A stretch of DNA of 64,000 nucleotides from Rebecca billardiae RCC1528 (taxonomy: Eukaryota > Protista > Haptophyta), in assembly GCA_965240325.2 (NCBI GenBank), contig OZ251225.1:744001-808000 (forward strand). The letters are read 5' to 3'. A program made the translations under genes and the position numbers. Shown in pieces: positions 56,301 through 64,000 of the stretch. Under the pieces are notes generated by a model that saw nothing but the letters and a program-made list of their open reading frames with translations, was not told the origin of the DNA and searched no databases. How positions within the stretch are numbered: position 1 is the first letter of the stretch; every line of letters starts with the position of its first letter.

Positions 56301-57334
56301 GCGCCGCGCGCGCGTGTCCGGCCCCGGTGCAGCGCGCGCTCGGCGACGCGGGCTGCGCACAGCTGCTCGCAGTGCTCGAGGCGCACTCGACCGAGCTGTG
56401 CGTGCCGGTCGACGTGGCGCTCGAGGTGCTCTCCATGCAGATTGGCGGTCGCAGCGACACGAGCATGTCGCGGCGCTGTCGCCTGGCCCCGAAGCGCGAG
56501 CTCGCGCAGTGCGCACGCGAGCTGCGCGCGCTGCTGAGCGCGCACGCGCCCAGCGCGCACGCGCTCGTCTGGCCGATCAGCGCGCTGCCCGGCGCACGCC
56601 CGTCCGGCATCGACGCTGACGGCGCGGGCGCGCACGAGGCGGAGCCGTCGCCGATCGCCATGGACGTCGACGGCAGCGGCATCGACGCCGCGCACCCACG
56701 TGCCACCGCCGCCGCTGCTCGGGCTGACGCTCGCGACGCGCTCGCGCACGGGCCGGGAGCAGCAGCGCTGTGCGAGCGCGCGCCACGCGCCGCGTGCGGC
56801 GATGAGCAGCCGAGTGCCGAGCCGCCCGCCGCTCCGCAGCCCGCAGACTCGCCCGAGCGCGCATTCGCGCGCTTGCACGGCGCGCTTCGCACCATGCGCG
56901 ACGGGCGCGTGCTTCGCTTCTACATGCAGAACGACTCGACGTGGGACGTGGAGGCCGATCTCGCGCTGCTGCAGGCGCAGTACGCCTACGTGCTCAACCC
57001 GCGCGCGCGGCGCGCGTGGCCGGCGTTCGAGGGCAAGACGGCGAACGCGTGCGCGCTGCGCCTGCGGCGGCTGCGCAAGGTGATCGAGGAGGTCGAGCCG
57101 GGTCTGCTCGCCACGCTCTTTCCCGCCGACGCCGACGACGAGCTGCGCGAGCTGGTGAGGCGCTGCGCCGACCCGGCCGAGCGCGCCAGGCTGTGCTCGG
57201 CTCACACGGGGCCGCTGCCGAGCGCGACGGCCGCGCTGCGCGAGGCGACGGCAGGGCTGCCCGAGGCGCATCGGGCGGAGGCGCTGCGGCTCCTCCGCGT
57301 CGAGTTCGACACGGGTATGAACATTTGGGATTGA
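53339..57334 (+). CDS. Large hypothetical protein with two kinds of internal repeat
   Basis: ~1330-aa open frame. Repeats conserved at protein level (IAVLxRVxRCxPxHM x2-3; LG..FSxEQSLAVLETG..HP..HR..L..L..A..RL x3 clear plus 2 diverged). Confidence 0.7.
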   Translation: MGGPQPTPRAALDELRRVYGCIPEWMVDERLHVKRARGDVLRLAMPRPRGLHETLGLHMPGVDPLDASATHIAVLKRVMRCIPVHMRDAHGCVRRALREAKAPPRPQRVARCRRATRGLDLPDVDSFDVTGTQIAVLERVARCVPAHMQAVQARVQGALRVAHRDDDIKQRRALVDWRAGDLALATESCLARRRARDERAQRAAARARERACRSGAGWHVFEENPARRVGGGVRRRRARASRRSTLSRRHATSDAVPRDTAEMSSAPQHAALDHDSIRCKATAEQRRALSSMQAAMRADGAGADAARRKAYGAGVRAACTALRVCASNAPTLPEDDALLESAMMIAARAGLLWFGRAPPSQLLAPPPAAGVQALSAVARASKAESGWRDVAFAVAHARLRRERAARAIQRRARPLWRIRGTAAGARVELGRAPRRVGAVRGALGIVCMERRRARLLADEEMLMPGGDYYYTPMAYAPGAIAGAEPASTPPPQLPPSHDRIASTSAGQHSRSASGCCSAAGCAARVGRPAPVAAHVLYAVPCAHVGAPHRDRAASEADTAPPCGAGEHGGHLAPSLVARPGAHVDGDWLNARARGGGASLAAMLGVDGLATVRDIIARSKSSNFSVEQSLAVLETGLGYGAAAEHPALSRVAPDLIRRHRLRLRALLGKHAPTAVQRLDAHRASSARGGAAPSVSAATAAPQTDAHRAPSTRDGAAVADHRAPHLTRSESTTRRPSTTQTEADGSAISSPPATLLLEVLGAQAHARVCALISSRSQSQLFSLEQSLAVLETGVVGAPRGAHPLLEDFKPQQCRSHRWALHQILRAECPDALERLRAKGVESVSLSPVQPSQRAEAVSDALSVAVASATARATTTPLEQLLGHEAHACVRALISSRSHSQLFSLEQSLAVLETGIVGAPRGAHPLLEDFKPQQCHSHRWALHQILRAECPDALERLRAKGVEQHRVRAVKRPRPSEATPSCTSGARAAPRAARACPAPVQRALGDAGCAQLLAVLEAHSTELCVPVDVALEVLSMQIGGRSDTSMSRRCRLAPKRELAQCARELRALLSAHAPSAHALVWPISALPGARPSGIDADGAGAHEAEPSPIAMDVDGSGIDAAHPRATAAAARADARDALAHGPGAAALCERAPRAACGDEQPSAEPPAAPQPADSPERAFARLHGALRTMRDGRVLRFYMQNDSTWDVEADLALLQAQYAYVLNPRARRAWPAFEGKTANACALRLRRLRKVIEEVEPGLLATLFPADADDELRELVRRCADPAERARLCSAHTGPLPSATAALREATAGLPEAHRAEALRLLRVEFDTGMNIWD

Positions 57335-58083
57335 CGCAAAACACATCTTAACCTGATGCCCACCCCCGTGGTCTTCTACCGTATTTGCAAATAGGACAAA
57401 GTTCGGGCGCAAAGCCTCCAATCTTTGTATGTGTGGACTCGAGAGCGTCCAATCTTTGTATGTGTGGACTCGTTCGGGCGCAAAGCCTCCAATCTTTGTA
57501 TGTGTGGACTCGAGAGCGTGAGCGACACGTGCGGGAGCTCACGTAGACTCATATTCTATGATTTAACGACACAGGTAGGACGACGCGGGTCTCCTGATTC
57601 GTCGGCGGCAGTGCCCGATCGTCGACACGAAGTCGGCGTTGGTGGCAGAGCATAGCCTGCACCGCGATCGGATTGCTTGAGCGCGGCCTTGAGCTGCTGG
57701 AGCGCGATCCACCTGCGCTGCGCGGCTCGCAGTCGCATGGCCCTGCTGTGCCCCGAGCGAGGGCGATGGTGCAGGTCCGGATGTCAGCTGGCAGTCTCAG
57801 CCGCTGGTGGCAGCTGGTCGAGCCTGCCCCGTGCTCCCCGAGCGGTCGCGTACGCGCCTGCCGCTCGAGCCAGCTGGCTGGCTGGCGGCGGCTGGCGCTG
57901 CGGCGTCGTCCAGGGTGCGCTTCGTCCGCTGCTGCTCACACGTACGCTGCGATCGACCGCCCTTTCCGGACATAATATATGATATATTGATAATACATAT
58001 ATATATATATATATTAATCGTATGCTCCAAGAATAGTAATTCATCACGCGCGACACGCACTCGTCAGTCAGCATCGATCATCA

Positions 58084-61000
58084 TCATCGGAATAATTCAC
58101 TGGATCCACCGGCCAGCACCCACTGCAGGCAGCGGCCTGTCATGGACGCGAGCGTCTCGTTGATCGTGTTGCCCACCGTCGCGCCAAAGTGCACCGTGCG
58201 CCGCGCCGCCGAGTCCAGCCCGAGGCACGTGAGCGTGAGCAGCGGCTCGACGAGCGCGAGCCGCTGCGCCTCGGCGAGCCCCCAGCTGAGCATCATGCGC
58301 CGCGTCTTGGCGCGGCCGAAGCGGTAGCCGTACGCGAGCGCGGAGAGGCAGCACGCGCACACCGTCGCGACCGAGATGAGCCAGCCGAGAGCCGTGCGCA
58401 AGCGCGCGCCGCACGCCGCCGCGCACGCCGCGCGCACGCACAGCGGCGCGCGCGCGCGCCCGCGCTCGGCGCGGCGCACGCGCGCGCGCGCCTCGTCTTC
58501 CACGCGCGCCGCGTACCAGCCGCACAGCGCGCGGAACGAGACCGCGCCGCCGTCCGCCTCGTCCGCCGCCGCGAGCTGCGCGGCCGCGCGCGCCGCGCGC
58601 ACCTTTCCAAAGCCGAGCTCCTCGAGGAAGCGGCGCGCGGTGAGCGGGTGCAACGCGCCCGAGAGCGTCGGGTCTGCGAGCACGAAGCGGTAGCGCAGCA
58701 GCGAGGCGGAGGCGGAGTCGAGGCCGCTCGCGTGCGGCGCGGAGGAGAGCACCGAGAGCGAGGCGAGCGTGGCGTTGGTCAGCTCGGACGCCTCCGCCAC
58801 CGACACACCCGCGTCGTCGGTCGCGGCCGCCGCGCGCTGCGTGCCGTGCTCCTCGCTGGTGACCGAGAGGCGCCACGCGCGCACGCCCGGCGGCGCGGGC
58901 GACAAGCCGCCGGCGGCGCGCAGCCGCTCCGCCTCGGTCGGCGCCTCGAAGCGCGAGCCCGCCGAGGGCAGGTACTGCTGCGACAGCGGGGCAGAGAGGG
59001 CGCGCGTGCTGCGCAGCGCGAGCGCCGCCGACTCGGCGGAGCCGTCCGAGCCGCGAGAGCCGCGGCGCTGCTGCAGGCGCGGCCGACCGCCCGGGGACGA
59101 GGGCGGCAGGCGCAGCTGCAGCCGCGCGCCCACGCGCGCGCGGACCCACTCCCCGCCCGCCGGGCTGTGCGGCGGCGGCACCGGCTCTGCCGCCGCGCGC
59201 AGCGGCACGACCCGATCGGCCGAGCCCGCGTCGCCGCGGCCGGCCGGCGGCGGCGGCGCGGGCGGCGGCGGCGAGAAGGGCGGCGTGCGCGGCGACGCGG
59301 CGGAGGCGGCTGAGCGGCTGTCGCGTGATGAGACGTCGGCCGAGCGGCCGCGCACGCTGCCGCTCGGCTCGCTCGGCCGCGCCCACAGCAGCGGCGGCGA
59401 CAGCCTGCCGCCCGAGTGCTGCGGCGATGCCCACGCCAGCGCGACACTCGAGTTGGAGTGAGCGCTCGACAGCCGGACGGCGGCGCGGCTGCTCGGGCCC
59501 GTGTGCCGCGCGGTGGACAGACGCGAGGAGGACTGCTCAGACACCCACCCGCCCGGCACGCCGCCGCCCAGCTCCGGCTCGGACGGCCGGCTGCAGCTGC
59601 CTGCGCTCGGGGAGCGCGCGCCCGCGTGGCCGCGGCTGCCGTCGCGGCCGGCCGCGCCCGGCCGCGCGCCACCGTCGCCGCGCTGCGCGCGCGGCGGCGG
59701 CGCGCGCGGCGAGTCGGCCGCGAGTGACAGCGCCCGCATCGGCGAGCAGAGCGCGCCCTCGCCCTCGCCCTCGCCCTCGCCCTCAGCCTCGGGCTCGTGC
59801 GGCTGCGGCGGCAGCACGAGCGGGCGGCGCGCCTCGCCCACCAGTGTGGGCAGCGGCCTGGGCGGCGTGTCTGGCGGGCTCACGAGCGCCGCCGGCTGGC
59901 GCTCCGCGTATGGCAGCGGCGAGGCGGGCGCCGCTGCGGCCGACGGCGGCGCGGGCGGGCGGGCGGGCGCGCGGCGCGCGCCCGCCGAGCCTCGGCGCGA
60001 GCTGCGCATGCGCGCCGTGTGCTCGCGGAGCGCGCGCTCGGTCAGCGGCGTCGGCAGCGTCGGCGTCGGTGGGACCCGAGCGCGCGCGGGCTCCGAGGCG
60101 GGCGGCGCGCCCGCCGCGCCCGCCGCGCCGCCACCGCCGGGCAGCTCGTCGGCGGAGACGCGCGAGCGCACGCCATCAGCGTGCTCGCCCGCGGCCACGC
60201 GCGACAGCACCGCGCGCGCGCTCAGAGGGCCCCCGCGCCGCTCCGACGCGGAGCTCGACTCGCTCCCCTCGCACGCGGGCGCGCGCTCGGCGGCGCGAGC
60301 CGCGACCGCGGCGGGCGGGACGGCGGCGGCCGGGGCAGGCGAGCGGCCCTGCCGGCTCGAGCGGCGCGCGGGCAGCACGCGCTCGTTGACTGCGCCGCCG
60401 CCCCAGCCGCGCGGCTGCGCGGCGTCGCGCGGCGTGGGCGTGGGCGGCTGCGCGTGCGCGAGCGCCGCCGCGCGCACACGCACCGCCTCTGCGTACACCA
60501 GCCGCGCGCGCTCCGCTCGGCCCAGCAGCTTGGCCGGCGCATCCGCGGGCGTGCGGCTGCGCGCAAACAGCGCCTTGACGACGCCCAGCAGCGGCGCGCT
60601 GAGCAGCGCGGTCGTCGCCGCGGCGAGCAGCTCGTGGATCAGGACGATGGGCGCGCCCTCGGGCGCGTCGTCGTACTGCGCGCACGAGAGCACGAGCCCG
60701 AGCGCCGCCGCCGCCCAGAAGAGGATGGCGAGCTCGGAGGGCAGCAGCAAGGGCTCGCGCCGGCCGAGCAGCGCGCCGAGCAGCGTGTGCTCGGCGCCCG
60801 CGCGGCTGGCGAGCGCGCGCGCGAGCCCGAGCGCGTCCACGCCGCTCAGCCGGCGCGTGGGCGCCCACAGCGCCGCGAGCCGCGAGCGCTTGCCACCGCC
60901 GCCGCCGCCAGGCAGCGTGCTCGCCGCGTGCGACTCCGCCTCGTCGAGCGCCGCGCGGCGCGCGAGCAGCCCGCGGACGTACCGCTGGATCTCGCACGCG

Positions 61001-64000
61001 GCGTGCTGCTCGGTGAGGGCGGCGAGGAGCGCGGGCGAGATCGAGTCGCCGTCCTGCGCGCCGCCGGCCGAGGCGGGCGCGCGGGGCGCGCGCGTGCCGT
61101 GCATGCTGAGCGCGCGCCGGAACGCGAGCAGCGGAGGCGGCGCCGCCGCCGCGGACGCGTCGGTCGCGCCGCCGTCGTCCGCAAAGACCAGCGCCGCGCC
61201 CCTCCGCGCCTTGTGCCTCTCGCGGCAGCCGAGCGTGCACACGGACGCGAGGCACGCCGCGGCGAGGCTGCCGATCAGCGCGTGCAGCGTGGGGTCGCGC
61301 TCGGCCGCGGGCGCGAGCAGCGCGCCCGCCACGTCGTCCGCGCCGAGCGGCTCGAGCCTGAACGCCTTGGCGTCGTCGAGCGCGTCCGCCGCCGAGTCGG
61401 GCACGTCGAGCGCCACGCCGGCAAACTCGGTGAGGTGGTCGCACGCGCACCAGAGGAGCGCGGAGCCTGCGTCGGGCGGCAGCGTGGCGCACCCGTCGGC
61501 CACCCACGCGCCGCGCGCCTCGTCCCACCAGCGGCACTCCGTCACCGCGCCCGCCGCCGCCGCCGAGCCGTTCGGAGCGCCCGCCGCGGCCGGCGGCGGC
61601 GGCGGGATGCCGAGCAGCAGCGGCTCGGCCAGCGCCGAGATGGCCAGCGCCGAGCCGCTGGCCGCGGAGGCGAGCGTGACCGAGAAGACGCTCGTCGCAG
61701 TGGGCGTGGGCGCCGAGCCGTTCAGCGCCGCGTCCGCCGCCGGCGCGCGCAGGCCCGCCCTGCCCACGCTCCACAGCAGCACGTCCACGCCCGAGCCGCC
61801 CAGCGCCGACGCGTCGACGCCGGCGAGCGCGCTGCGCGGCACGCGCAGCGCGCCCGCGCCGCCCGCGGCGGCGAGGCTGGCGTTGAGCAGCGCGGACGGC
61901 GTGAGCCGCACCGCCGACACATTCAGCGCCCCGCCCACCAGCGCCACGGGCGGGTCGCCAGCCAGCGCGCCCACCAGCAGTGCAGACGCCAGCCCCTCCG
62001 CGGCGGAGGCGGCGGCCGCGCCCACCGCCGCCGCGTCCGCGGCCGCGAGCTCGGTCGCGGGCGCGCCGAGCGTGGCGTTGAGCGCGCTCAGCAGCGCGGC
62101 GCTCTCGGCAGCGCCCACGCCCGTCGTCGCCGCCGCCGCGCCGATCGCCGCCGCCTGCGCCAGCGCGCTCAGCTGCATCTCGCCCGTCGCGAGCGCCGCC
62201 GGCGGCGCGGCGCTCACAACCGCCTGCAGCGTGAAGGTGGCGTGTGCGCGCGACTCCGCCTCCTGCAGGGCGCCCGCGCGCGCGGCGCCCGCGCTGAGCT
62301 GGAGGAGCGAGAGCGAGACGGCCGCCTCCGCGGCGAGGGACGCGTTGGCGGGCGCGGGGCCGCCCAGCTCCGCGGCGATCGCGCCGGCGAGCTGCAGCGA
62401 GCGAGTCGTGTCGCCCGCTGCGAGCGCGAGCTGTGCGCGCGCCACCGCCGCGCTCACGGCCGCGTCTGCCACCGCGCCGCCCGAGCCGGGCACGGCGGCG
62501 TCGGCGGCGTCGGCGCGGAGCGAATACACGCGCACGAATGCCGCCGCGCGCGCGCTCGCGCCGAGCGCGTCCGCCACGCGCACGTACAGCGTGCGGTTGC
62601 CCGCGGGCAGCAGCGCGAGCGCGTGCGCCGAGCGCTGCGCCGCGCCGAGCGCCGCGGCCGCGCCCTCGTCCGCGGCCGCGTGCGAGAAGGCGTAGCTGAG
62701 CGGCAGGTCGTCCGCGTCGTCGTCCGTCCAGCTGTCCGCGCGCAGCGCGAACACGGTGAGCGCCGCGATCCCGCGCTCCGGCGAGACCGCCAGCCCGCCG
62801 CCGTGCGGCGGCCGGTTGACCACCACGACCAGCTCCGCGACCGCCGCGCGGCCGGCCGCGCCGTCCGCGCGCCGCGTCGCGCGCACCTCGAACGCGTAGG
62901 TCGCGCCCGGGCTGAGCGCGCCGCTGCGGAAGCCGAGCGCGGGCTGCGCAGCGCCCGTCGTCGTGACGGCGGACGTGTCCGCTAGCTCGAGCGGCGCGGG
63001 CGCGCGCGCGCCGCCCGCGCCCACGAGCCACGCGCGCCACACAAAGTCGTGCGCCGCCTCCGCGTCCGCGCCGTCGGCGAGCTCGGCGTCCGCGGCGGCG
63101 TCGATGGTGGCGCGGAGGACGAGGCGGCCGCTGCTGCGCTCCCACGTGGGCGCGACCTTGCGCGTGCCGAGTGGCACGAGGCGCAGCGCCGGCAGCGGCG
63201 CCGATGCCGCCGCCACGTCCACCCTTGCCTCCGCCTCCGCGGGCGCGAGCGCGGGCGTGCCGGGCGCGGACACGAGCACGCGCACGAGATACGCCGCGCC
63301 GTGCGGCAGCGCGCCCGGCGGCAGCAGCAGCGTGGGCGAGGTGGCGTTGGCGAGGTCGAGCTCGACGGGCGCGCCGTCGGACGCGCGCGCCACCGCCCAC
63401 GCGAACGCGAGCCCGCCGCCCGCCGCCTCGTTCGGGTTGGCCGAGGCGGAGGCGTCCAGCCGCACCGCGTCGGCGCCGCCCACGCGCGCGGCGCTCGGCG
63501 TGAGCGCGGCGCGCAGCGGCAGGTACGGCACGCGCAGCGAGACGTCGGCGCTCGCGCTGAGCTCGGGCGCGGCGGCCATTGTCGCGAGCACGCGCAGCGT
63601 GTACGCGTGCCCCGCGCTCAGCGACCACGGCGGCAGCCGCAGCGTCGCGCCGGCGGCGTCGCTCAGGTCGGGCACGCGCGGCGCCGCGGCACTCGGCGCG
63701 GCCATGCCGCTGCGGTCGACGTCGTCGTCGCGCGTCACGTTGAGCACCGCCCAGCCGAAGCGCACCTGCGCGGAGAGCGTGGATGGCCAGCACGGGGACA
63801 GACCGACGTTCGCCGAGAGACGCACGGCGCTGCCCGCGCGCGCGAGCACGCCCGACGACCGCCCATCCACCTCGACGCTCGGGCCGTCCGGCGGCGCGCG
63901 CGCCACGGCGTGCGTCGCGGGCGCGGACGCGATGCCGAGCGCGGAGGTGAGGACGAGGGAGAAGACGAAGCCGCCCTCGGCGCCGAGCGCGGACGGGCCG
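58084..64000 (-). CDS. Polycystin-1-like REJ + GAIN/GPS membrane protein (5' end beyond window)
   Basis: REJ-like LDASAS..FAW, VNRPPHGG..VSP..F..WTDD..DLPLSYAF. GPS CRWWD..W..DGC..CACDHLTEFA. Several TM helices. IQ-like EIQRYVRGLLARR. Confidence 0.85.
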   Translation of the reverse strand, partial: GPSALGAEGGFVFSLVLTSALGIASAPATHAVARAPPDGPSVEVDGRSSGVLARAGSAVRLSANVGLSPCWPSTLSAQVRFGWAVLNVTRDDDVDRSGMAAPSAAAPRVPDLSDAAGATLRLPPWSLSAGHAYTLRVLATMAAAPELSASADVSLRVPYLPLRAALTPSAARVGGADAVRLDASASANPNEAAGGGLAFAWAVARASDGAPVELDLANATSPTLLLPPGALPHGAAYLVRVLVSAPGTPALAPAEAEARVDVAAASAPLPALRLVPLGTRKVAPTWERSSGRLVLRATIDAAADAELADGADAEAAHDFVWRAWLVGAGGARAPAPLELADTSAVTTTGAAQPALGFRSGALSPGATYAFEVRATRRADGAAGRAAVAELVVVVNRPPHGGGLAVSPERGIAALTVFALRADSWTDDDADDLPLSYAFSHAAADEGAAAALGAAQRSAHALALLPAGNRTLYVRVADALGASARAAAFVRVYSLRADAADAAVPGSGGAVADAAVSAAVARAQLALAAGDTTRSLQLAGAIAAELGGPAPANASLAAEAAVSLSLLQLSAGAARAGALQEAESRAHATFTLQAVVSAAPPAALATGEMQLSALAQAAAIGAAAATTGVGAAESAALLSALNATLGAPATELAAADAAAVGAAAASAAEGLASALLVGALAGDPPVALVGGALNVSAVRLTPSALLNASLAAAGGAGALRVPRSALAGVDASALGGSGVDVLLWSVGRAGLRAPAADAALNGSAPTPTATSVFSVTLASAASGSALAISALAEPLLLGIPPPPPAAAGAPNGSAAAAGAVTECRWWDEARGAWVADGCATLPPDAGSALLWCACDHLTEFAGVALDVPDSAADALDDAKAFRLEPLGADDVAGALLAPAAERDPTLHALIGSLAAACLASVCTLGCRERHKARRGAALVFADDGGATDASAAAAPPPLLAFRRALSMHGTRAPRAPASAGGAQDGDSISPALLAALTEQHAACEIQRYVRGLLARRAALDEAESHAASTLPGGGGGGKRSRLAALWAPTRRLSGVDALGLARALASRAGAEHTLLGALLGRREPLLLPSELAILFWAAAALGLVLSCAQYDDAPEGAPIVLIHELLAAATTALLSAPLLGVVKALFARSRTPADAPAKLLGRAERARLVYAEAVRVRAAALAHAQPPTPTPRDAAQPRGWGGGAVNERVLPARRSSRQGRSPAPAAAVPPAAVAARAAERAPACEGSESSSASERRGGPLSARAVLSRVAAGEHADGVRSRVSADELPGGGGAAGAAGAPPASEPARARVPPTPTLPTPLTERALREHTARMRSSRRGSAGARRAPARPPAPPSAAAAPASPLPYAERQPAALVSPPDTPPRPLPTLVGEARRPLVLPPQPHEPEAEGEGEGEGEGALCSPMRALSLAADSPRAPPPRAQRGDGGARPGAAGRDGSRGHAGARSPSAGSCSRPSEPELGGGVPGGWVSEQSSSRLSTARHTGPSSRAAVRLSSAHSNSSVALAWASPQHSGGRLSPPLLWARPSEPSGSVRGRSADVSSRDSRSAASAASPRTPPFSPPPPAPPPPAGRGDAGSADRVVPLRAAAEPVPPPHSPAGGEWVRARVGARLQLRLPPSSPGGRPRLQQRRGSRGSDGSAESAALALRSTRALSAPLSQQYLPSAGSRFEAPTEAERLRAAGGLSPAPPGVRAWRLSVTSEEHGTQRAAAATDDAGVSVAEASELTNATLASLSVLSSAPHASGLDSASASLLRYRFVLADPTLSGALHPLTARRFLEELGFGKVRAARAAAQLAAADEADGGAVSFRALCGWYAARVEDEARARVRRAERGRARAPLCVRAACAAACGARLRTALGWLISVATVCACCLSALAYGYRFGRAKTRRMMLSWGLAEAQRLALVEPLLTLTCLGLDSAARRTVHFGATVGNTINETLASMTGRCLQWVLAGGSSELFR

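Larger units (their letters stand above)
52830..57519. mobile_element. Unclassified insertion with 188-bp direct terminal repeats and ~30-bp target duplication (Penelope-like non-autonomous candidate)
   Basis: GTGAGCGACACGTGCGGGAGCTCACGTAGACT at 52799-52830 and 57518-57549. Matching 188-bp blocks at 52830-53017 and 57332-57519. Confidence 0.8.

Noticed and set aside
4888-57549. Fanzor/TnpB or other RNA-guided nuclease in any of the elements
   Set aside because: No RuvC-like motifs seen in any ORF.
59501-63793. Additional >1000-aa ORFs overlapping the polycystin-like gene
   Set aside because: Shadow frames caused by stop-codon scarcity in very GC-rich DNA; no motifs. The same applies to most overlapping ORFs in the track.

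Overview
Very GC-rich eukaryotic DNA with compact genes and short GC-rich introns, some with GC-AG donors. It is probably a flagellated alga such as a haptophyte (inference). Host genes: BTB-BACK-MATH adaptor, Golgi-type sulfotransferase, CEP131-like coiled-coil, BC-box/LRR protein, DUF5672 protein, ABCG half-transporter, alpha/beta hydrolase, ERO1, LCAT/PLA2G15-like, CEP95, TPR protein, EIF1AD, FkbM-like secreted protein, and a REJ-GAIN/GPS polycystin-1-like gene running off the right edge. About a third of the window is mobile DNA. (1) An intact, very young Ty1/Copia element whose polyprotein has a ~700-aa N-terminal extension with a MYND-like finger. (2) A 5.5-kb TIR element carrying decayed psq-HTH/USP-deubiquitinase and MIU-like ubiquitin-binding cargo. 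(3) A foldback/MULE-like element with a 9-bp TSD, a 1-kb MITE, a second TIR element and a 30-bp hairpin micro-insertion. (4) The best novelty candidate: a 4.7-kb insertion with a ~30-bp target duplication, 188-bp head-to-tail terminal repeats built from a hairpin minisatellite, and a 1336-aa protein made of unrecognised repeated domains with no RT, transposase or recombinase. All calls come from reading motifs by eye; no searches were run.
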